The notes beneath the pieces are model-generated. The model did no database searches, had not been told where the DNA came from, and saw nothing but the letters and a program-made list of their open reading frames with translations. A DNA stretch of 49,216 nucleotides, filler included, from Sphacelaria rigidula (taxonomy: Eukaryota): NCBI GenBank assembly GCA_964200075.2. It is 2 parts of 2 records of this genome, joined end to end, with 100 filler letters (N's around TTAATTAATTAA, not from the genome) between each part and the next. Parts side by side here need not be neighbours in the genome. Positions count along the whole stretch, not along the records: positions 1 to 24,574 come from CAXNAA020000197.1; positions 24,675 to 49,216 come from CAXNAA020000198.1. One strand, 5' to 3'. Both the position numbers and the translations under genes were made by a program. Positions within the stretch are counted from its first letter, which is position 1; every line of letters begins with the position of its first letter. Positions 20,915 to 32,300 of the stretch are shown here, piece by piece.

Positions 20915-23900
20915 GTTGCAGCCTTGAGCGGGGCAATCTCCGTCTCGAAGCGTTTTGGTGAACTAGCGCTGTCCGTCGTCGCAACAGATCCACTTTTCTT
21001 CGGCCTCCGGCTGGGGTGAAGGTTTGCGCCGACAAAGACCAGAGCTAGCCCCTTAATCGACGTTCTTGAAGGCACGGCGGCTCACAGTGTGTGAGGTCAC
21101 CCGGTCTAAAAGCTGAAAAACGTGTGGAGCAGGGAGAGTGCCTTCAAATGAGTACATCAATTTGGTTTCATACAGCGCGAGTGATGGTTTCGTCGCGTAG
21201 TGATGAGCGGTCTCTTTGCGTGTGTTTTATCTCGTCTAAGCTGCTATTATAAATCAAATGTTATTGGCTGCATGCGTAGATGACGCCCCTCTCCTCAGCC
21301 CTTCAAAGGCTTTTCTCCGATCGTTTTCAGGGGTGTTCACTGGAACGTATGAGGTACCGGACACGGAAGTTGAGGTTTCGCCGCGAAGTGATAGCCTGTC
21401 ACTCTGTGTATGGTGTGTCTCTGACCTCAAACGCAATTAGCTGATTGCATGCGTAGATTATCCCCTCTGCAGCACATCAGGAGCGTCCTACTGACCGTTT
21501 TCACAGCCACCCACTTGACAGGCATGGAGTACCGATCATTTTTGGTCCATTTCACCACACTATGCCTACTCTCCCTGTATTCGTAAGGTACAAAGAGAAC
21601 CAGATGTGGCGATCCTCCGCCAGTTCTCCTTGCCTGGGATCAACGGAACACACCCAGTGGGGATTGACCTTTTTGTGGGGTTCTTTTGACTCCATTTTCA
21701 CGTGTACTGCGTGATACACTGTGCACCGCAACAGTGCACGGCGGTGTGGGATACGTGTGTAGGTCATCAATATGCACCAGTATATACCACCAGTCAGGCG
21801 TTGTTTGCTGGTATTATCTAATCTTTAGTTCAGGGTACAGCCATCCCAATCGCACAGCTAACTGCCGACAGAATTGAAGCGGGGACTGGGACTGGCACTG
21901 GCTGTTGGCACTTTGAGGTGGAGACGTACATCCCGAGTTTACACTCGTTAAACCATTTCAAAGACACGGCAAACGTGGAGTACAGTATGTAAAGGAGCGA
22001 ATCCTCCTGTCATGATTGAGTCCCGTGCACGTCCATGTGAATGATCGAGAGAGGTTGCCATGAATTACCTTGGCACAGTCCCGCCAAAGAAGCATGGCCA
22101 CAATACATGTCATGGGTACAACCTTAGTATCCATGGGCTGACTGACCTTGAGTGGAGCTACACAACATTCCACAGATATCACACCGTAGTCGCTGCATTG
22201 CCCCGGCTACCGGTAGCAGAAACCTCGCAGCGAAGTCGTTGCTACCTCTCACATCGATTTCGATATTATCATGGGTGATACTGCGAGTCGTCGAGAAGCC
22301 AATAGTACCATGAAACAATGGGTGACACTATATTTACACATCTAGACTGAGACCTCGGTCATCGCGACAACGTCTCGACGAATCTCGGTGTTTCGCTGTT
22401 GAGCAGCCGTTTCAACTCAACTGGTGTGCCTTTGTTATCCTCCATTATTGCCTTAGTATTTCAGAAAAAATCATCACCCAGCACTTCGGACGTGCCCGCA
22501 TTGCACCCGGTACGAAATTGACACCTTCAGCTTGGTGGACGGAACATCCTTGGACTAAAGAGGTGTGTGGTCTAAGCCTGTTGCCAGCACGATCATAAGG
22601 TATTGCCCTGTTTCTCTTTTGTTCCTCCTCCCCTCCGGGAATGTGCTACGTTCAATGCCGTCATTTTTTTGGCTCTTTATGAACGGATTGCGGAATTCAA
22701 GGAGCGTGATGCCCGCACTTTGCGTGTGCTGTACTACAACACTACAACAGTAGGTGGTCTACTGTGTATAACACCCCTTCTTGGCGTATTCTTTGCATCG
22801 ATAACCTCCGGAGATTGGACTCTGTGCGGTCGAGAGATTTTATTTTAGTGAAAATTATGGACGGAAAAGTTCAATCATGTGCATGGTGCCTGTGCTATAA
22901 GCATTACGATTCTGAAGAAAAGTTAGGATTGAAAGATGTTATGCCCGCCGGTGGAGGGGGGTGTTTTGTCCCGACACATGTGACAAGAACACCAACCCTT
23001 GATTGTTGCATGCGGTCTAACACGAGACAGCACACCCGTGAATGAGGTTTGTCGTGCTCAGTGGTTTCCAGTGACGGAGCATGCAGAGTACATCCAACAT
23101 CGATCACATCCACATAAGTGTCCACGATGGACATGTGCTCCGTACCATAACACAAATCCGCCGCAATGGTCTCGCTTTTCTTGCACTAAAACGGTTCCGA
23201 AATGACGAGGAACGTTTGTTTCGTCAAGGATCAATGCAGTCGAGTAAAACAGATACCGTCCAGTCGAGAGCATCTTACCATGCTATTTGTTCCGTGGTCA
23301 CCGTTCCAAATGCCGAGCAGCAAGGCTGTATTGTATGCAGTGTAGCTGATGTTTTGCAGATCGTGGGTAGTATGCACGCGAGCAAACGCCCCCGAGCAGC
23401 ACGACGAGGCCATCAGTTGTTGCTACCTGCAATACTCGACGACCTTAAAATGACTGACCAGCCTGTTGTTGAGCACGACTGTTGTGTCTCATCTTATACC
23501 AGTCCGTCAGAACATGAACTTCTATTGTAGCCTCAACTTGACTGTATGGCTGCACTGTCCTGCAGTGTAGTTCACTGTTTGCGTGGCTGTATAGACCAGC
23601 CGGTTGGCGTGATCACTGGTGCTCCTGTATCCTGTATCTATTGTTCATTGTACTTGCCGTTACTGCTCTCACCCATCTTCATCGACCAGCCAATCGAGCT
23701 TTTGGTGCGGAGCCACAGCGATGCACAGAGACGCCTGGGCTGAGCCACAAAACAATCCCTTGGCTATCCTAGGTTTGAGTGCGTTCAGTGCTGCTGCTGC
23801 GCTGCTGCTTGTGCAGCGCATGGTTCCTGGCTACGCCAAAACAGTAGTATAGTATCATTAAAGCTCGGAAATGGTACCAGTTACAGTCTTACGCAAAAAA

Positions 23901-24574
23901 AAGAAGCAAGTCAACTGCCAAGATTCCCGCATACAAAAATCATACGCACCTCATGTATCATTCGACGGTTTAACAGGGTTTAGTACTGTATTTTCAGTAC
24001 AAATCAAGGGTTATTTTGCTTGTGGATTTCTCCGCTGTGTCTGTTCTAACAAGCCTGAAACTTGGCACAGAGGTAGACCACAACACAGACAGCATATTCC
24101 CGGAGCGGCGGCACGTTTCACGTGGTGCGCTAGACTCACGAAACAAAATACGGATTTTGGGCAATGCCATCGATACGTCTTCAAAACGCAGTCTCCTCAG
24201 CCCAGAATGCGTGAGACGTCAGTGGATGCATGTGTTGACACGCAGATACGCTCACTTCCTGCTGGGTGGCTCCTGCCCCGGCAAACGAACACATCGATCC
24301 GTATTGCGCACACTCTTGATGATGTCATTCTACGCGGTACCTATCTTGGTATCGCCTGTAGAGGTGCTCACTTCAGGAGACACGGCCGTGCAAGCGCTGT
24401 TAGTGCTTTTCGCTGTTGGTGCTTTTACGTGCTGAAACTTCGACCACATGTCATGTAGACTACAGACAACAACCCCATATTGCTGAATCTGGGGTTGCGC
24501 GGTGTGTGCGTGCATATTGGGGCGAAAATATGTCGGATTCTGTTCCGTTTTTTTTTTCCTTCTTTCGGCGTAAG

Positions 24575-24674
24575 NNNNNNNNNNNNNNNNNNNNNNNNNN
24601 NNNNNNNNNNNNNNNNNNTTAATTAATTAANNNNNNNNNNNNNNNNNNNNNNNNNNNNNNNNNNNNNNNNNNNN
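24575..24674. other. Artificial assembly spacer
   Basis: 44 N + TTAATTAATTAA (stops in all six frames) + 44 N = exactly 100 bp. Confidence 0.95.
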
Positions 24675-24750
24675 TATCGCCACTTCCAGAGACAGCCACG
24701 TCTTATACACTGCCCCATGGGTGTCTCACCATTGGGGGGGGGGAGGGGTG
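24675..24750. repeat. Family G fragment (cut by the gap)
   Basis: ..CAGAGACAGCCACG..GTCTCACCATT plus G tract. Confidence 0.75.
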
Positions 24751-24759
24751 ATTATATTT

Positions 24760-24860
24760 GTTGTTTGAACCATACCAGGAAGAGATGGGTTGATCCCTTG
24801 AGACCACGGACTCGTCCCGAGAAAGAAGGGGAGGGGTTCAAAGTGCGACAAAAAATAAGA
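24760..24860 (+). mobile_element. SINE 3' fragment
   Basis: GGGTTGATCCC..GACTCGTCCCGAG..GAGGGGTTCAAAGTGCG matches the reverse complement of 5805-5880. Confidence 0.7.
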
Positions 24861-25070
24861 ACAAAAAAATGGAGTTGTCAACTGTCGGGAATATGTATGT
24901 TGGTGAAACATATTTGAGCAAATGTGGGGCATATGTATGATGTATGTGATGCATGTATGGTGTGGGTAATCAGGAATACGCGGCGAATGTGGTCACATTC
25001 GGATTTTTTCGTGTGACACGATGTGGTACGTTGTGTGCGATTGCGTCGGTGATTGACGATGGCGCACCCG

Positions 25071-25214
25071 GAGGGGTGTACTCATTATCTTGCATGTCGT
25101 AGTCATATGACCGTTGACTTCGCATCCCCACAAAGCTGGGATGGAGCACGCCGGCTTTTCGCCGGACCAGGCTCGTGGGGGGGTGGAGGAGAGGGGGGGG
25201 AGGGGCGAGGGGGG
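25071..25214. repeat. Family G short copy
   Basis: Fixed start, about 105 bp, then G tract. Confidence 0.85.
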
Positions 25215-26122
25215 TCATAAAGGTGGTCGTAGATCTAGCGAGTGGGATGATTTCGCTACATGAAGTCATCAAAAGGGCGTACGGTTGTAGTGTAATACAA
25301 TGACCAACACCACAAAAATAATGCCCGCACCGGAGGATGATTTTACTTCCACTGCGCGAATCGAGATCATTGGGAGATGCCGAATCCTCTCGGAACCGGG
25401 GTGGGAGTGGATACGCTGAAACAAGATGATGTTTTCTTCCAGACTTTTTATTTCGACAGACAGACTGAAGAAGGGGGTCGCACTTCACCCTGCGTCTTGT
25501 ACCCGCAGGCGAAAAGAATAGAGGGACATGAGCAGATCGTTCTTGACACGTTACAACAAAGGATTGTGACTCAACAATAATAAATATCTCTCAGGAGGTG
25601 GTTTCACAAACTACACGACATCTACATGTGTATACCGCAGACAACGATGTAGATCACATATACGTGGGATATCACCCACTGCATAACACCCCTGGGCGGG
25701 CGATGATATATTCGGCCATTCTTGGCACCATGTCAATATGTACAGAACTGCACAGGGGTACTTGGTATAGCACCCCCCCTGCCAACACCGCCTCCGAGTG
25801 ATGACTTTCCAAACGCCAAAATCTCCTCGTCCGAGGCATCGTATACACACAATCGTCTACAGCACATGCTTCCCCTTGAGGCGTGTGTCAGGCTACGACG
25901 CTGCTCACCCCGCCAGTTTGTTTCACCTCAAAAAGCGCAGCGGTCTGTCCACTTTCCTCTCTGGCCCTTCCCATTTCCTCTTCCCGTTGGTCCTTGTACC
26001 GTTCACAGGTACCATCGCTCGACTCCCCTCCTTGTTGTGTTGAATATCGACAGCTCTCCCTCGCCCCTACAGACTCTCACTTCCCTCGACACGTAAGAAA
26101 ATACGTGCGGTGGGTTCTTCAC

Positions 26123-26316
26123 CTGTGTAACTGCTGTTCAAGCTTGAGGTCTGCCACGCCCGCCATCCCGCCGCTCGCGCCCTTCCCAAGATTGATCATA
26201 CCGAGAGACAGCCCACAGGCGAGGGCATATCCTTCCCGATCAGCGAACCTGTCGCTGCACGGAGACTTCCCCATCTCTGCCAGGAGGAACTCCGTCATCA
26301 GTCGGTGGGATGTTCC
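26123..26316 (-). CDS. APC1: APC1 exon 4
   Basis: AAG|GTSHRLMTEFLLAEMG..DLKLEQQLH(R)|GTGAA, phase-2 end. Confidence 0.92.
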
Positions 26317-29300
26317 CTTCGAATCCATGCGACGGGGACGGGGACGAGGACGGGGGGCGTACTCATTCGTTGCTTGCCGTAGTCATTCAACCATTAGCGA
26401 CGCATCCCTATAGAGACAGAGCAGCGTTCCCACTCCAAATAGAGACACCTCCAACATCTGGGCGCTAAATACGTTTTTTTTTTCCATACGTTACACAAGA
26501 ACCTCTTTCATATCTTGCTCCCTTTCCTGTTTCGCCGTCTGTGGATGAGGACGGCAGGGACGGCGGGGGTGAAGTCATGATTCTGCATACCGTAGTCATG
26601 AGACTGTTGACTTCGCATCCCTACGATGTCTGGACGGAGCAAGGAGGGGGGGGGGGGGGCTTTGAATACGCGTGATGGAGTATGTTCATTGATTTGATTG
26701 ATTCTCGCACATGAACTGAACCCTCAGAGATCCACCGGTGGTCACACGATGTATATGTACGTAGTAGTATGTATAAATGCAGAGAAAACAAGTAGTCTGA
26801 AACTATCAAGGGTCAGACGAATTAGTGATTAGTCCGGAAATTACTTGATTTTAGTGTAATTGATCCGTACTTTACGAATCAATCCCTACGCTTTATTTTC
26901 AGCGTTGCAACCCAGGTACGCGAAGCCGAGGAACGTGGAAAGGCGCAAAAGTAGCGTGGAGACCTGTTTGACCAGCGGTCGGCTTTTTTCCCCTCTCTTT
27001 CGATTAATCAGGCCTAAGATATCGTGGATTTGGTGATTCGACCGGCGATGATTCGTCCGAACCGTGAAAACTATACAATTCTAGGGAAAAAAAAAATCCG
27101 GGGGCCAAATCACGGTATGTATGGTATGCACAGAGATCAAAGCTGTTTTTCATTTCATCCATCGGGGGTAGGGAGAAGGGGTATTTATTGTTCAACAATT
27201 TACCAACACGAGTTCATGATAACCACCACCAGCCCCGACTTGTGTATCACAGGCAAGGCGTGCGCACACCAGGGATAAGGTGACCGTCAAAGTGGGGAGT
27301 GTGTACATGTTTTTTTCTTTGTTTATTTTTTTCCTTGCCAAAGGAGGAAATCTCACCCAGCACTTACCCCGCCAACGGGGTGGTGTGCCGATTTACCCAG
27401 AGGCTCGCCTAGACCACCGTGTGCCGGTCAGCCGTTTTCCCTCCATCGAAAAACTACTTGACAAAAATAAGGAAACATGTCACTGTTTCTTCTCGTGGAG
27501 AGCTAGCTATATATATATTTTTGCAAAACCACGCGCTTGTCTTTCTTCTTCTGAGCGGATGAGAAACCCCCGGGTGATACCACGACAACCTCCCCCCCCG
27601 CCCCCCCACCCCCCCACACACGCCCGATAATTACCACGAAGAAAATGGCCATATAGCGCACAATAATTGGTTTCAGACAGCATGAAGTACTTCATATGGG
27701 CGACGTTGGCGAAAGCGATCCCAAGGCCGAGGGTACCCAGCTGCTTTGTACGTTGAGTGCGGTATGGAGTAGGCACGTCGAGTGTTCCGGAAGATTTGCT
27801 CAAGACAGTGAGGAAGTTGGACCCACCGAAAAAAACTGGTTAGCTTGGGGCTATTATCACACGCCGCCCTACTCTCATGAGCTTCAACCCTACATGTCTG
27901 CTGTGCGTGATACAGGGTACATGGCATAATTCACTACAGAGACACGTAGCCGCCACCGAAGGCACGAAAGTTTCCACAGTACAGTTCCCACTTTCAACAA
28001 ATTGCGATCGTATGATCAATCAAAGATTAACCCGTTTGGATATCTGGGTTGCTGACAGCAACACAGGCTGCTTTTGAAAAGAAAAGAGTCGGGCGGGTAC
28101 CAACTGGGCCGAGCACGAAGAAAGGGTGCAGTAGCGTAGAGCATCTTCACCGGGCGGAAGAATACCATGACGTTTCCGCGTCGAAAACACCTAGTTGCGA
28201 ATCTCCATCTTCTTCATCGCGATACAGTACGCTCAACACCACAACTTCGAAGAAGCTGCGACACGGACCGTGCGATATGAAGATGGCATCTGCCGAAAAA
28301 TGCTCCAGATTTGAAGTGTGCAGCGGCGATGATGAGCGGTGATCCGCCCATCTCGTTGGTTTGAGTAAGCTATTGTACCTACCTAAGTTGGGGCTATTAT
28401 CACACACACCCAACTTTTGGTCATACTCCACCGCCCGATAAAAAAAATGCATTTCACTCACTTTTCTGCACTATGCTGCAGGCCGGGCACGGCGACCAAA
28501 GCACACACACACACACAAAATCTTCGACAAAAAATATATACGTGAAAGTCACAGTCCCTTTGCATGTTTCCAAGTCCGCACTGAGCTCTAAACTGTAGAA
28601 GCGGTTGTTTACTCTGTATGTTACCTGGTAGAGTAAGCCAACTCCTGCGAGAGCAGCGGCCTGCGTGACGCTGCTGGTTTCCATCTCTGCAAATGGATGA
28701 GGGAGCAAGCTCGGCACGTGAAGGCAGAGCATCTGCCACGCAAACAAGAGTCAATGGCCGGTCGGGGGCAGGAGGGTAGGAGGCGGTTGGGGGGAGAGAA
28801 GGGTTAGTGTTTGGAGCCCCGGGGGGTCTCGCGGGATAGATGGTGCCCCATCACGTACATCGTATGCACAGGATACACATAAAAACGTGGTCTGACCGCT
28901 GCGCTAAACACAAACAACAATGACAACAAAAACAGGGTCTCCGGGCCCACGCACAGATCGTGAGACGCTCGAAGTGAACGGGTGTGAACTTTGCAATGGC
29001 GCCTTGACATATCACTTAAAACATGCGAGTATACACACGTCGACGGCAGCACTGGAGAATGGCGTAAACTGGGCGACGATTTTGCAGTTCTTGTGTCGGA
29101 CCGCCGCATTTTCACCTTGAGACGCCGCTATTGATACGTACATTGACACAGCACGCTTGTTCCTTTCCGGGAATCAACAACCCCTACACAACAGCCTTAT
29201 TTTTTGCGCGCGAGTAAAATCACCTTATGGGTGGATAGATCGGCGGAGCCCCTCCGCGCCGCAGCCATCCCCAGCAGCACCCCGACCGTCGTACTCTCCT

Positions 29301-32300
29301 GGCCTAGCGTCAAATACTCGTACACATCCGTCATAGCCAGGGAGGACAGGTGCCCCTGAAGCCCCAGTGCCATCAGCAGCCCGCCATGAGCATTATTCGC
29401 GCCTCCGGCAGGCCGGTTGTACGTGATCCACGTTCTGCTAACGCCGCCACCCTCGAAACTGTCGACACCGCCACGGCGGCGGCCGCCGCCGTGGGGGTCG
29501 TGGCCGCCGCCGCCCCACTCGTGCCGTAGCCTCAACCCCGCGGCCACTCCATTGTGAAACTCCGCCCACAACGTCGTGTCGCCCGTGACGCCTGCTGCCG
29601 CGATGTCCAGGTTGACGATCACGTCCGCCGGCTTTCGGATGCGGCCGGCCAAGCACAAAGGCGGTATCGGCAAGGGCTCGGCGAGCAGGGGAGTCAAGGT
29701 GCCCAGCGTCAGCATGCCGCGCCCCGCGGGGCCCGCCAGCGTGCGCATGGCCAGCTGCAGCAGCCGCGCCTGTTGCCGCTGTTGGTGATCGTGGTCGCTC
29801 GATTCCGGCGAGCGTTCCACGTGGAAGCGCACCGGCCGCGAACCCCGCAATAGCCGACATGCCTCTCTCACCCGCCGGTCGCGCCCGAACCGCAGCGAAG
29901 ACATCTCGTCTACCCACGCCAAGCCATCGAGATCACCGGTCTCGCCGTTCGCCCCGATACTGCCGCCGCCACCACCACCATCGGCCGCGTCGCTTCCCTG
30001 ACCAACCACCCCCGCATCCCCTCCCGCGCTTGTGGGGTTCCTACTACCCGCGCCACTGCCACTTATTCGCCCCCCTGCCCAGTACCCCTCCTCCTCCCCC
30101 AAAGTATCCTCCATGGCCTGATTGTCTTCGTCATCCTGACCACTGCTGCCAACCTTGAGAATCCGCCGCAAGGCGCTGAGATCTTCTCGGCCCACCAGCT
30201 CTTGAGCGGCGGCGGGCCAATCCGCGGGAGCCTGGCCGCGCGCCGCGTGTAACACTTCCAGCAATGGGAGGGCGAGTCCAAGCGGCGCCCGGTCCAAGTC
30301 GTCGATGCCATACCCTTCGTCCACCATGGCTGCTACAAGCCTCGCGCCAGTCCAGTCTCGTGATTGTCCTACGCCGCCGCCACTGCCATCATCGGTGTTG
30401 GCAACTCCTGTCTTCGGTACGATGCCCTGCAAAGTAGCGCCACCAGCGCCGCACAGGACAGTGTAAAACCGACAGAGGCGCCGGGTGCTTTGCAGGGCCA
30501 CCCGGAGTCTTGAGAGGGTAGGGAACGGGCCGTCCTCGCCGAGGTAACACGGGGTTGACACATTCGCGCGCGGATTGTCGCTTGCGGTGGTTGTTGCCTC
30601 TGCCGTGCTCGTCGCTAGTCTTGCCGTGCGCATCCTAGCGCGAACCCAGCCGCGAATGCATGGAACCTGTAGATGATGATATCTGGAATACTTAGTAACC
30701 TTGTGGGTGATAATCCAGATACTCTGATGTACTCATCAGTACTTCGCAGTACCGCTGCTCCAGACACTCTGGGATACTGATCAACTTGCAACGAAATCAA
30801 GCGGGATTGGATTGGGCAGAAGAACGGTCCAACGGCTTGTGACCGCTGCGTGCTTCCAGAGATACGCGGGGCCGGGTGTGTTTTCCACTTCACGAAATGT
30901 TTGGTGAAACTTTCAATGTGGGACAAAATATTGAAATCCCAATTTACATTCTATGTTGTCTTTCCCTTGCCCTAAAAATAAATTGTCCTTCCCTTGTCCA
31001 CAAAACCAAATTCAACCCCAACCAACCATCCAACAATCCATTCCCAATCAAACAAGCTTTATCTTGTCCAAAAAATAAATACAACCGTCCAACCAACCAC
31101 CCAACCATCCATTCAATCCCGATCAACCAATTAATGAATTAATTATATAATCATATTCCCCCTCCCTCCCTCCCCCCCTCCCTTTTTTTGCACTAAAACA
31201 TGCTCAACCCGATCGAAGTCAAACTACGTGGACGAGAAGTTGGCGAAGTGAGCTGGAATTGCCTATAAGAGCAAGCAGAGCAAGCCATCCCATTTCTAGG
31301 TAGCAGCATCCATTGAGCCATCTTGAACCCATGGGGTGGAACAAAAAAAAACGAAAGGAAGCTCCCAAGAAGACAGATTTCCGACAGATTTTTTCGTCCT
31401 ACACCAGAGCAAGCCGCTTTCGAGTCATGCTACGATAAAAGGGGGTGTACTCATGATCTTGCATGCCGTAGTCATATGACCATTGACCTCGCATCCCTAC
31501 AAAGCCGGGACGGAGCACGCCGGCTTTTCGCCGGATCAGGCTCGCCATCAATCACCAAGCGCGAGGCGCCACCATGCGTTCGGCGAGTCGCATTAAGGGT
31601 GAGTTGCATCCTGCTAGGATTGTTCGGCCCGGAGCGTACTAAGTACCTTGCATATGGATGACAGTCTACAGTGAGTTATTTCACCTTCTGGTATCTCCAC
31701 TTCTAGAGACAACCACGGGTTATACACTGCCTCATGGGTGTCTCGCCATTTCCCACGATAGGAGGGGGAGGGGTGTGATTCCACGAAGAGCAGGGCTCAT
31801 CGGTGTGTGAGACGATCCAACACACTCGCGGTGTGCTTCTTGGGTAAAAATGGTGTCAAGCCGTATGAATGAGCATTTCATATCGGTAACAAGCGCGTTC
31901 GAACAATCGTTGCTGCTTTCAACGACGATTTGAAGTGAAATTTCGTGGAATAAATGGCCCAAAATACCCCCGCCCCCCCTATCGGTCAGTGGTCAAACGA
32001 CCAGGGTAAGCAACAAATGAGTACGCCCCTCGCTCCCACCTATCGTAGCATGACTCCTTAGCGTCGCAAGGCAACTAATGACCCCGGGTTGCGAAGGCTT
32101 CGACACGGGTAAAACATGCCGTGGTGCCTTCCATGTATTATCACGCGCGGGGCCAGTACTCCCACTCCTTCATCACTGTTCATCAAAATTGACGGCGGTG
32201 GACTCCTTCAATCCCTACTCTCACCTCCGCAGGCGAATCATTTCGCAGCGGACAGCCTCTACTAATCGATGGGGAAAAAAAATGCAGCGAGTTTGGATGT

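Noticed and set aside
24619..24630. TTAATTAATTAA as a biological palindrome
   Set aside because: It is centred in a symmetric N spacer and is an assembly linker.
31441..31540. Hammerhead or HDV ribozyme at the family-G end
   Set aside because: There is no CUGANGA/GAAA core in the right topology and no HDV P1.1/P3 arrangement; only generic hairpins are supported.
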